Origin: Nemertoderma westbladi
Lineage: Eukaryota > Animalia > Xenacoelomorpha
Assembly (NCBI GenBank): GCA_032718475.1
Contig: JAUCBJ010003043.1
Coordinates: 2,983-66,982 of the forward strand
Reading direction: 5' to 3'
DNA: 64,000 bases
Shown here piece by piece: positions 39,001 to 51,700 of this stretch. Every line of letters starts with the position of its first letter. Positions within the stretch are counted from its first letter, which is position 1. Below the pieces are notes generated by a model. That model saw only the letters and a list, made by a program, of their open reading frames with translations, was not told the origin of the DNA and did not search any database. The position numbers were made by a program, and so were the translations under genes.

Positions 39001-42000
39001 AAATGTATGGAGTAGGGAAAGATCGTAGAGGCATTCATAGTAAATGTATGGAGTAGGGAAAGAAGAACGTAGAGGCATTCATAGTAAATGTATGGAGTAG
39101 GGAAAGAAGAACGTAGAGGCATTCATAGTAAATGTATGAAGGAAGGAACGTAGAGGCATTCATAGTAAATGTATGGAGTAGGGAAAGATCGTAGAGGCAT
39201 TCATAGTAAATGTATGGAGTAGGGAAAGAAGAACGTAGAGGCATTCATAGTAAATGTATGGAGGAGGGAATGAAGAACGTAGAGGCATTCATAGTAAATG
39301 TATGGAGTAGGGAAAGAAGAACGTAGAGGCATTCATAGTAAATGTATGGAGGAGGGAAAGAAGAACGTAGAGGCATTCATAGTAAATGTATGTAGGAGGG
39401 AATGAAGATCGTAGAGGCATTCATAGTAAATGTATGGAGTAGGGAATGAAGAACGTAGAGGCATTCATAGTAAATGTATGGAGTAGGGAAAGAAGAACGT
39501 AGAGGCATTCATAGTAAATGTATGGAGTAGGGAAAGAAGAACGTAGAGGCATTCATAGTAAATGTATGAAGGAGGGAAAGAAGAACGTAGAGGCATTCAT
39601 AGTAAATGTATGGAGGAGGGAATGAAGAACGTAGAGGCATTCATAGTAAATGTATGGAGGAGGGAATGAAGAACGTAGAGGCATTCATAGTAAATGTATG
39701 GAGGAGGGAATGAAGAACGTAGAGGCATTCATAGTAAATGTATGGAGGAGGGAATGAAGAACGTAGAGGCATTCATAGTAAATGTATGAAGGAAGGAACG
39801 TAGAGGCATTCATAGTAAATGTATGGAGTAGGGAAAGATCGTAGAGGCATTCATAGTAAATGTATGGAGGAGGGAAAGAACGTAGAGGCATTCATAGTAA
39901 ATGTATGGAGTAGGGAAAGAAGAACGTAGAGGCATTCATAGTAAATGTATGGAGTAGGGAAAGAAGAACGTATAGGCATTCATAGTAAATGTATGAAGGA
40001 AGGAACGTAGAGGCATTCATAGTAAATGTATGGAGTAGGGAAAGATCGTAGAGGCATTCATAGTAAATGTATGGAGTAGGGAAAGAAGAACGTAGAGGCA
40101 TTCATAGTAAATGTATGGAGTAGGGAAAGAAGAACGTAGAGGCATTCATAGTAAATGTATGAAGGAAGGAACGTAGAGGCATTCATAGTAAATGTATGGA
40201 GTAGGGAAAGATCGTAGAGGCATTCATAGTAAATGTATGGAGTAGGGAAAGAAGAACGTAGAGGCATTCATAGTAAATGTATGAAGGAAGGAACGTAGAG
40301 GCATTCATAGTAAATGTATGGAGTAGGGAAAGAAGAACGTAGAGGCATTCATAGTAAATGTATGAAGGAGGGAAAGAAGAACGTAGAGGCATTCATAGTA
40401 AATGTATGGAGTAGGGAAAGAAGAACGTAGAGGCATTCATAGTAAATGTATGAAGGAAGGAACGTAGAGGCATTCATAGTAAATGTATGGAGTAGGGAAA
40501 GATCGTAGAGGCATTCATAGTAAATGTATGGAGTAGGGAAAGAAGAACGTAGAGGCATTCATAGTAAATGTATGGAGTAGGGAAAGAAGAACGTAGAGGC
40601 ATTCATAGTAAATGTATGAAGGAAGGAACGTAGAGGCATTCATAGTAAATGTATGGAGTAGGGAAAGATCGTAGAGGCATTCATAGTAAATGTATGGAGT
40701 AGGGAAAGAAGAACGTAGAGGCATTCATAGTAAATGTATGAAGGAAGGAACGTAGAGGCATTCATAGTAAATGTATGGAGTAGGGAAAGAACGTGGAGGC
40801 ATTCATAGTAAATGTATGGAGTAGGGAATGAAGAACGTAGAGGCATTCATAGTAAATGTATGAAGGAAGGAACGTAGAGGCATTCATAGTAAATGTATGT
40901 AGTAGGGAAAGAACGTAGAGGCATTCATAGTAAATGTATGGAGTAGGGAAAGAAGAACGTAGAGGCATTCATAGTAAATGTATGAAGGAAGGAACGTAGA
41001 GGCATTCATAGTAAATGTATGGAGTAGGGAAAGATCGTAGAGGCATTCATAGTAAATGTATGGAGTAGGGAAAGAAGAACGTAGAGGCATTCATAGTAAA
41101 TGTATGAAGGAAGGAACGTAGAGGCATTCATAGTAAATGTATGGAGTAGGGAAAGATCGTAGAGGCATTCATAGTAAATGTATGGAGTAGGGAAAGAAGA
41201 ACGTAGAGGCATTCATAGTAAATGTATGGAGTAGGGAAAGAAGAACGTAGAGGCATTCATAGTAAATGTATGAAGGAAGGAACGTAGAGGCATTCATAGT
41301 AAATGTATGGAGTAGGGAAAGATCGTAGAGGCATTCATAGTAAATGTATGGAGTAGGGAAAGAAGAACGTAGAGGCATTCATAGTAAATGTATGGAGTAG
41401 GGAAAGAAGAACGTAGAGGCATTCATAGTAAATGTATGAAGGAAGGAACGTAGAGGCATTCATAGTAAATGTATGGAGTAGGGAAAGATCGTAGAGGCAT
41501 TCATAGTAAATGTATGGAGTAGGGAAAGAAGAACGTAGAGGCATTCATAGTAAATGTATGAAGGAAGGAACGTAGAGGCATTCATAGTAAATGTATGGAG
41601 TAGGGAAAGAAGAACGTAGAGGCATTCATAGTAAATGTATGAAGGAGGGAAAGAAGAACGTAGAGGCATTCATAGTAAATGTATGGAGTAGGGAAAGAAG
41701 AACGTAGAGGCATTCATAGTAAATGTATGAAGGAAGGAACGTAGAGGCATTCATAGTAAATGTATGGAGTAGGGAAAGATCGTAGAGGCATTCATAGTAA
41801 ATGTATGGAGTAGGGAAAGAAGAACGTAGAGGCATTCATAGTAAATGTATGGAGTAGGGAAAGAAGAACGTAGAGGCATTCATAGTAAATGTATGAAGGA
41901 AGGAACGTAGAGGCATTCATAGTAAATGTATGTAGTAGGGAAAGAACGTAGAGGCATTCATAGTAAATGTATGGAGTAGGGAAAGAAGAACGTAGAGGCA

Positions 42001-42780
42001 TTCATAGTAAATGTATGAAGGAAGGAACGTAGAGGCATTCATAGTAAATGTATGGAGTAGGGAAAGATCGTAGAGGCATTCATAGTAAATGTATGGAGTA
42101 GGGAAAGAAGAACGTAGAGGCATTCATAGTAAATGTATGGAGTAGGGAAAGAAGAACGTAGAGGCATTCATAGTAAATGTATGAAGGAAGGAACGTAGAG
42201 GCATTCATAGTAAATGTATGTAGTAGGGAAAGAACGTAGAGGCATTCATAGTAAATGTATGGAGTAGGGAAAGAAGAACGTAGAGGCATTCATAGTAAAT
42301 GTATGAAGGAAGGAACGTAGAGGCATTCATAGTAAATGTATGGAGTAGGGAAAGAACGTAGAGGCATTCATAGTAAATGTATGGAGTAGGGAAAGAAGAA
42401 CGTAGAGGCATTCATAGTAAATGTATGAAGGAAGGAACGTAGAGGCATTCATAGTAAATGTATGGAGTAGGGAAAGAAGATCGTAGAGGCATTCATAGTA
42501 AATGTATGAAGGAAGGAACGTAGAGGCATTCATAGTAAATGTATGGAGTAGGGAAAGAACGTAGAGGCATTCATAGTAAATGTATGGAGTAGGGAAAGAA
42601 GAACGTAGAGGCATTCATAGTAAATGTATGAAGGAAGGAACGTAGAGGCATTCATAGTAAATGTATGTAGGAGGGAATGAAGAACGTAGAGGCATTCATA
42701 GTAAATGTATGGAGTAGGGAAAGAACGTAGAGGCATTCATAGTAAATGTATGGAGTAGGGAAAGATCGTAGAGGCATTCA
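3055..42780 (+). repeat. Array domain A, dominated by 41- and 44-bp units
   Basis: Mostly GGAG(T/G)AGGGAAAGA(A/T) and ...GGGAA(T/A)GAAGA(A/T) variants. 44-bp units become dominant at about 18.7-24 kb and 27-39 kb. Confidence 0.85.
38750..42650 (+). repeat. Local higher-order repeat: 122-bp trimer (37+41+44) and 166-bp tetramer (37+41+44+44), marked by the TATGAAGGAAGGAA unit
   Basis: The marker unit recurs regularly. Artefactual ORF starts in the track are spaced 122 bp (40640/40762/40884/41006) and 166 bp (38869/39035, 41169/41335). Confidence 0.85.
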
Positions 42781-45700
42781 TAGTAAATGTATGTAGGAAT
42801 GAACGTAGAGGCATTCATAGTAAATGTATGTAGGAGGGAAAGAACGTAGAGGCATTCATAGTAAATGTATGGAGGAGGGAATGAAGATCGTAGAGGCATT
42901 CATAGTAAATGTATGTAGGAAAGAACGTAGAGGCATTCATAGTAAATGTATGGAGGAGGGAATGAAGATCGTAGAGGCATTCATAGTAAATGTATGTAGG
43001 AATGAACGTAGAGGCATTCATAGTAAATGTATGTAGGAATGAACGTAGAGGCATTCATAGTAAATGTATGTAGGAAAGAACGTAGAGGCATTCATAGTAA
43101 ATGTATGTAGGAATGAACGTAGAGGCATTCATAGTAAATGTATGTAGGAAAGAACGTAGAGGCATTCATAGTAAATGTATGGAGTAGGGAAAGAACGTAG
43201 AGGCATTCATAGTAAATGTATGTAGGAAAGAACGTAGAGGCATTCATAGTAAATGTATGTAGGAATGAACGTAGAGGCATTCATAGTAAATGTATGTAGG
43301 AATGAACGTAGAGGCATTCATAGTAAATGTATGTAGGAATGAACGTAGAGGCATTCATAGTAAATGTATGTAGGAATGAACGTAGAGGCATTCATAGTAA
43401 ATGTATGTAGGAATGAACGTAGAGGCATTCATAGTAAATGTATGGAGTAGGGAAAGAACGTAGAGGCATTCATAGTAAATGTATGGAGTAGGGAAAGAAC
43501 GTAGAGGCATTCATAGTAAATGTATGTAGGAATGAACGTAGAGGCATTCATAGTAAATGTATGTAGGAAAGAACGTAGAGGCATTCATAGTAAATGTATG
43601 GAGTAGGGAAAGAACGTAGAGGCATTCATAGTAAATGTATGTAGGAAAGAACGTAGAGGCATTCATAGTAAATGTATGTAGGAATGAACGTAGAGGCATT
43701 CATAGTAAATGTATGTAGGAATGAACGTAGAGGCATTCATAGTAAATGTATGTAGGAATGAACGTAGAGGCATTCATAGTAAATGTATGTAGGAATGAAC
43801 GTAGAGGCATTCATAGTAAATGTATGTAGGAGGGAATGAACGTAGAGGCATTCATAGTAAATGTATGTAGGAATGAACGTAGAGGCATTCATAGTAAATG
43901 TATGTAGGAATGAACGTAGAGGCATTCATAGTAAATGTATGTAGGAATGAACGTAGAGGCATTCATAGTAAATGTATGTAGGAATGAACGTAGAGGCATT
44001 CATAGTAAATGTATGTAGGAAGGAACGTAGAGGCATTCATAGTAAATGAGTAGGGGGAGAACGTAGAGGCATTCATAGTAAATGAGTAGGGAAAGAACGT
44101 AGAGGCATTCATAGTAAATGTATGTAGGAATGAACGTAGAGGCATTCATAGTAAATGTATGAAGGAGGGAATGAACGTAGAGGCATTCATAGTAAATGTA
44201 TGGAGTAGGGAAAGAACGTAGAGGCATTCATAGTAAATGTATGGAGTAGGGAAAGAACGTAGAGGCATTCATAGTAAATGTATGTAGGAATGAACGTAGA
44301 GGCATTCATAGTAAATGTATGTAGGAATGAACGTAGAGGCATTCATAGTAAATGTATGTAGGAAAGAACGTAGAGGCATTCATAGTAAATGTATGTAGGA
44401 AGGAACGTAGAGGCATTCATAGTAAATGAGTAGGGGGAGAACGTAGAGGCATTCATAGTAAATGTATGGAGGAGGGAAAGATCGTAGAGGCATTCATAGT
44501 AAATGTATGGAGTAGGGAAAGAACGTAGAGGCATTCATAGTAAATGTATGGAGTAGGGAAAGAACGTAGAGGCATTCATAGTAAATGTATGTAGGAATGA
44601 ACGTAGAGGCATTCATAGTAAATGTATGTAGGAATGAACGTAGAGGCATTCATAGTAAATGTATGTAGGAATGAACGTAGAGGCATTCATAGTAAATGTA
44701 TGTAGGAATGAACGTAGAGGCATTCATAGTAAATGTATGTAGGAATGAACGTAGAGGCATTCATAGTAAATGTATGGAGTAGGGAAAGAACGTAGAGGCA
44801 TTCATAGTAAATGTATGTAGGAATGAACGTAGAGGCATTCATAGTAAATGTATGTAGGAATGAACGTAGAGGCATTCATAGTAAATGTATGTAGGAATGA
44901 ACGTAGAGGCATTCATAGTAAATGTATGTAGGAATGAACGTAGAGGCATTCATAGTAAATGTATGTAGGAATGAACGTAGAGGCATTCATAGTAAATGTA
45001 TGTAGGAAAGAACGTAGAGGCATTCATAGTAAATGTATGTAGGAAGGAACGTAGAGGCATTCATAGTAAATGAGTAGGGGGAGAACGTAGAGGCATTCAT
45101 AGTAAATGTATGGAGGAGGGAAAGATCGTAGAGGCATTCATAGTAAATGTATGGAGTAGGGAAAGAACGTAGAGGCATTCATAGTAAATGTATGGAGTAG
45201 GGAAAGAACGTAGAGGCATTCATAGTAAATGTATGGAGTAGGAAGGAACGTAGAGGCATTCATAGTAAATGAGTAGGGGGAGAACGTAGAGGCATTCATA
45301 GTAAATGTATGTAGGAATGAACGTAGAGGCATTCATAGTAAATGTATGGAGTAGGGAGAGAACGTAGAAGCATTCATAGTAAATGTATGGAGTAGGGAAA
45401 GAACGTAGAGGCATTCATAGTAAATGTATGTAGGAATGAACGTAGAGGCATTCATAGTAAATGTATGTAGGAATGAACGTAGAGGCATTCATAGTAAATG
45501 TATGGAGTAGGGAAAGAACGTAGAGGCATTCATAGTAAATGTATGTAGGAATGAACGTAGAGGCATTCATAGTAAATGTATGTAGGAAAGAACGTAGAGG
45601 CATTCATAGTAAATGTATGTAGGAAGGAACGTAGAGGCATTCATAGTAAATGAGTAGGGGGAGAACGTAGAGGCATTCATAGTAAATGAGTAGGGGGAGA

Positions 45701-48700
45701 ACGTAGAGGCATTCATAGTAAATGTATGTAGGAAGGAACGTAGAGGCATTCATAGTAAATGTATGTAGGAAGGAACGTAGAGGCATTCATAGTAAATGTA
45801 TGGAGGAGGGAAAGAACGTAGAGGCATTCATAGTAAATGAGGAGGGAGAGAACGTAGAGGCATTCATAGTAAATGAGTAGGGGGAGAACGTAGAGGCATT
45901 CATAGTAAGTGTATGGAGTAGGGAGAGAACGTAGAGGCATTCATAGTAAATGAGGAGGGAGAGAACGTAGAGGCATTCATAGTAAATGAGTAGGGGGAGA
46001 ACGTAGAGGCATTCATAGTAAGTGTATGGAGTAGGGAGAGAACGTAGAGGCATTCATAGTAAATGAGGAGGGAGAGAACGTAGAGGCATTCATAGTAAAT
46101 GAGTAGGGGGAGAACGTAGAGGCATTCATAGTAAGTGTATGGAGTAGGGAGAGAACGTAGAGGCATTCATAGTAAATGTATGGAGGAGGGAAAGAACGTA
46201 GAGGCATTCATAGTAAATGAGTAGGGGGAGAACGTAGAGGCATTCATAGTAAGTGTATGGAGTAGGGAAAGAACGTAGAGGCATTCATAGTAAATGAGGA
46301 GGGAGAGAACGTAGAGGCATTCATAGTAAATGAGTAGGGAGAGAACGTAGAGGCATTCATAGTAAATGAGTAGGGGGAGAACGTAGAGGCATTCATAGTA
46401 AGTGTATGGAGTAGGGAAAGAACGTAGAGGCATTCATAGTAAATGTATGTAGGAGGGAATGAAGAACGTAGAGGCATTCATAGTAAATGTATGGAGGAGG
46501 GAATGAAGAACGTAGAGGCATTCATAGTAAATGAGTAGGGGGAGAACGTAGAGGCATTCATAGTAAGTGTATGGAGTAGGAAGGAACGTAGAGGCATTCA
46601 TAGTAAATGAGTAGGGGGAGAACGTAGAGGCATTCATAGTAAATGAGTAGGGGGAGAACGTAGAGGCATTCATAGTAAATGTATGTAGGAAAGAACGTAG
46701 AGGCATTCATAGTAAATGTATGGAGTAGGGAAAGAACGTAGAGGCATTCATAGTAAATGAGGAGGGAGAGAACGTAGAGGCATTCATAGTAAATGAGTAG
46801 GGGGAGAACGTAGAGGCATTCATAGTAAGTGTATGGAGTAGGGAGAGAACGTAGAGGCATTCATAGTAAATGTATGGAGGAGGGAAAGAACGTAGAGGCA
46901 TTCATAGTAAATGAGTAGGGGGAGAACGTAGAGGCATTCATAGTAAGTGTATGGAGTAGGGAAAGAACGTAGAGGCATTCATAGTAAATGAGGAGGGAGA
47001 GAACGTAGAGGCATTCATAGTAAATGAGTAGGGGGAGAACGTAGAGGCATTCATAGTAAGTGTATGGAGTAGGGAGAGAACGTAGAGGCATTCATAGTAA
47101 GTGTATGGAGTAGGAAGGAACGTAGAGGCATTCATAGTAAATGAGGAGGGAGAGAACGTAGAGGCATTCATAGTAAGTGTATGGAGTAGGAAGGAACGTA
47201 GAGGCATTCATAGTAAATGAGGAGGGAGAGAACGTAGAGGCATTCATAGTAAATGAGTAGGGGGAGAACGTAGAGGCATTCATAGTAAGTGTATGGAGTA
47301 GGGAGAGAACGTAGAGGCATTCATAGTAAATGAGGAGGGAGAGAACGTAGAGGCATTCATAGTAAATGAGTAGGGGGAGAACGTAGAGGCATTCATAGTA
47401 AGTGTATGGAGTAGGGAGAGAACGTAGAGGCATTCATAGTAAATGAGGAGGGAGAGAACGTAGAGGCATTCATAGTAAATGAGTAGGGGGAGAACGTAGA
47501 GGCATTCATAGTAAGTGTATGGAGTAGGGAGAGAACGTAGAGGCATTCATAGTAAATGAGGAGGGAGAGAACGTAGAGGCATTCATAGTAAATGAGTAGG
47601 GGGAGAACGTAGAGGCATTCATAGTAAATGTATGGAGTAGGGAAAGAACGTAGAGGCATTCATAGTAAATGTATGGAGGAGGGAGAGAACGTAGAGGCAT
47701 TCATAGTAAATGTATGTAGGAATGAACGTAGAGGCATTCATAGTAAATGAGTAGGGGGAGAACGTAGAGGCATTCATAGTAAATGAGTAGGGGGAGAACG
47801 TAGAGGCATTCATAGTAAATGAGTAGGGGGAGAACGTAGAGGCATTCATAGTAAATGAGTAGGGGGAGAACGTAGAGGCATTCATAGTAAGTGTATGGAG
47901 TAGGGAAAGAACGTAGAGGCATTCATAGTAAATGTATGTAGGAGGGAATGAAGAACGTAGAGGCATTCATAGTAAATGTATGGAGGAGGGAATGAAGAAC
48001 GTAGAGGCATTCATAGTAAATGAGTAGGGGGAGAACGTAGAGGCATTCATAGTAAGTGTATGGAGTAGGAAGGAACGTAGAGGCATTCATAGTAAATGAG
48101 TAGGGGGAGAACGTAGAGGCATTCATAGTAAATGAGTAGGGGGAGAACGTAGAGGCATTCATAGTAAATGTATGTAGGAATGAACGTAGAGGCATTCATA
48201 GTAAATGTATGTAGGAAGGAACGTAGAGGCATTCATAGTAAATGAGTAGGGGGAGAACGTAGAGGCATTCATAGTAAATGTATGAAGTAGGGAAAGAACG
48301 TAGAGGCATTCATAGTAAATGTATGTAGGAGGGAATGAACGTAGAGGCATTCATAGTAAATGTATGTAGGAATGAACGTAGAGGCATTCATAGTAAATGT
48401 ATGTAGGAATGAACGTAGAGGCATTCATAGTAAATGTATGTAGGAAAGAACGTAGAGGCATTCATAGTAAATGTATGTAGGAATGAACGTAGAGGCATTC
48501 ATAGTAAATGTATGTAGGAAAGAACGTAGAGGCATTCATAGTAAATGTATGTAGGAAAGAACGTAGAGGCATTCATAGTAAATGTATGTAGGAATGAACG
48601 TAGAGGCATTCATAGTAAATGTATGTAGGAATGAACGTAGAGGCATTCATAGTAAATGTATGGAGTAGGGAAAGAACGTAGAGGCATTCATAGTAAATGT

Positions 48701-51700
48701 ATGTAGGAAAGAACGTAGAGGCATTCATAGTAAATGTATGAAGGAGGGACGGAGCGTAGAGGCATTCATAGTAAATGTATGGAGTAGGGAAAGAACGTAG
48801 AGGCATTCATAGTAAATGTATGTAGGAATGAACGTAGAGGCATTCATAGTAAATGTATGTAGGAATGAACGTAGAGGCATTCATAGTAAATGTATGTAGG
48901 AAAGAACGTAGAGGCATTCATAGTAAATGTATGTAGGAATGAACGTAGAGGCATTCATAGTAAATGTATGTAGGAATGAACGTAGAGGCATTCATAGTAA
49001 ATGTATGTAGGAATGAACGTAGAGGCATTCATAGTAAATGTATGTAGGAATGAACGTAGAGGCATTCATAGTAAATGTATGTAGGAATGAACGTAGAGGC
49101 ATTCATAGTAAATGTATGTAGGAAAGAACGTAGAGGCATTCATAGTAAATGTATGTAGGAATGAACGTAGAGGCATTCATAGTAAATGTATGTAGGAATG
49201 AACGTAGAGGCATTCATAGTAAATGTATGTAGGAATGAACGTAGAGGCATTCATAGTAAATGTATGTAGGAATGAACGTAGAGGCATTCATAGTAAATGT
49301 ATGAAGGAGGGACGGAGCGTAGAGGCATTCATAGTAAATGTATGGAGTAGGGAAAGAGCGTAGAGGCATTCATAGTAAATGTATGGAGTAGGGAAAGAAC
49401 GTAGAGGCATTCATAGTAAATGTATGGAGTAGGGAAAGAACGTAGAGGCATTCATAGTAAATGTATGGAGTAGGGAAAGAACGTAGAGGCATTCATAGTA
49501 AATGTATGGAGTAGGGAAAGAACGTAGAGGCATTCATAGTAAATGTATGGAGTAGGGAAAGAACGTAGAGGCATTCATAGTAAATGTATGGGAGTAGGGA
49601 AAGAACGTAGAGGCATTCATAGTAAATGTATGAAGGAGGGAATGAACGTAGAGGCATTCATAGTAAATGTATGGAGTAGGAAGGAACGTAGAGGCATTCA
49701 TAGTAAATGTATGTAGGAATGAACGTAGAGGCATTCATAGTAAATGTATGGAGTAGGGAAAGAACGTAGAGGCATTCATAGTAAATGTATGGAGTAGGGA
49801 AAGAACGTAGAGGCATTCATAGTAAATGTATGAAGGAGGGAATGAACGTAGAGGCATTCATAGTAAATGTATGGAGTAGGAAGGAACGTAGAGGCATTCA
49901 TAGTAAATGTATGTAGGAATGAACGTAGAGGCATTCATAGTAAATGTATGTAGGAATGAACGTAGAGGCATTCATAGTAAATGTATGAAGTAGGGAAAGA
50001 ACGTAGAGGCATTCATAGTAAATGTATGTAGGAGGGAATGAACGTAGAGGCATTCATAGTAAATGTATGGAGTAGGGAAAGAACGTAGAGGCATTCATAG
50101 TAAATGTATGGAGTAGGGAAAGAACGTAGAGGCATTCATAGTAAATGTATGAAGGAGGGAATGAACGTAGAGGCATTCATAGTAAATGTATGGAGTAGGA
50201 AGGAACGTAGAGGCATTCATAGTAAATGTATGTAGGAATGAACGTAGAGGCATTCATAGTAAATGTATGAAGTAGGGAAAGAACGTAGAGGCATTCATAG
50301 TAAATGTATGTAGGAATGAACGTAGAGGCATTCATAGTAAATGTATGAAGTAGGGAAAGAACGTAGAGGCATTCATAGTAAATGTATGTAGGAGGGAATG
50401 AACGTAGAGGCATTCATAGTAAATGTATGTAGGAATGAACGTAGAGGCATTCATAGTAAATGTATGAAGTAGGGAAAGAACGTAGAGGCATTCATAGTAA
50501 ATGTATGTAGGAATGAACGTAGAGGCATTCATAGTAAATGTATGTAGGAATGAACGTAGAGGCATTCATAGTAAATGTATGAAGTAGGGAAAGAACGTAG
50601 AGGCATTCATAGTAAATGTATGTAGGAATGAACGTAGAGGCATTCATAGTAAATGTATGAAGTAGGGAAAGAACGTAGAGGCATTCATAGTAAATGTATG
50701 TAGGAGGGAATGAACGTAGAGGCATTCATAGTAAATGTATGTAGGAATGAACGTAGAGGCATTCATAGTAAATGTATGTAGGAATGAACGTAGAGGCATT
50801 CATAGTAAATGTATGTAGGAATGAACGTAGAGGCATTCATAGTAAATGTATGTAGGAATGAACGTAGAGGCATTCATAGTAAATGTATGTAGGAATGAAC
50901 GTAGAGGCATTCATAGTAAATGTATGTAGGAATGAACGTAGAGGCATTCATAGTAAATGTATGTAGGAATGAACGTAGAGGCATTCATAGTAAATGTATG
51001 TAGGAATGAACGTAGAGGCATTCATAGTAAATGTATGTAGGAATGAACGTAGAGGCATTCATAGTAAATGTATGTAGGAATGAACGTAGAGGCATTCATA
51101 GTAAATGTATGTAGGAATGAACGTAGAGGCATTCATAGTAAATGTATGTAGGAATGAACGTAGAGGCATTCATAGTAAATGTATGTAGGAATGAACGTAG
51201 AGGCATTCATAGTAAATGTATGTAGGAATGAACGTAGAGGCATTCATAGTAAATGTATGGAGTAGGGACGGAGCGTAGAGGCATTCATAGTAAATGTATG
51301 TAGGAATGAACGTAGAGGCATTCATAGTAAATGTATGTAGGAATGAACGTAGAGGCATTCATAGTAAATGTATGGAGTAGGGAAAGAACGTAGAGGCATT
51401 CATAGTAAATGTATGTAGGAATGAACGTAGAGGCATTCATAGTAAATGTATGGAGTAGGGAAAGAACGTAGAGGCATTCATAGTAAATGTATGGAGTAGG
51501 GAAAGAGCGTAGAGGCATTCATAGTAAATGTATGGAGTAGGGAAAGATCGTAGAGGCATTCATAGTAAATGAGGAGGGAGAGAACGTAGAGGCATTCATA
51601 GTAAATGTATGTAGGAGGGAAAGAACGTAGAGGCATTCATAGTAAATGTATGTAGGAAAGAACGTAGAGGCATTCATAGTAAATGTATGGAGGAGGGAAA

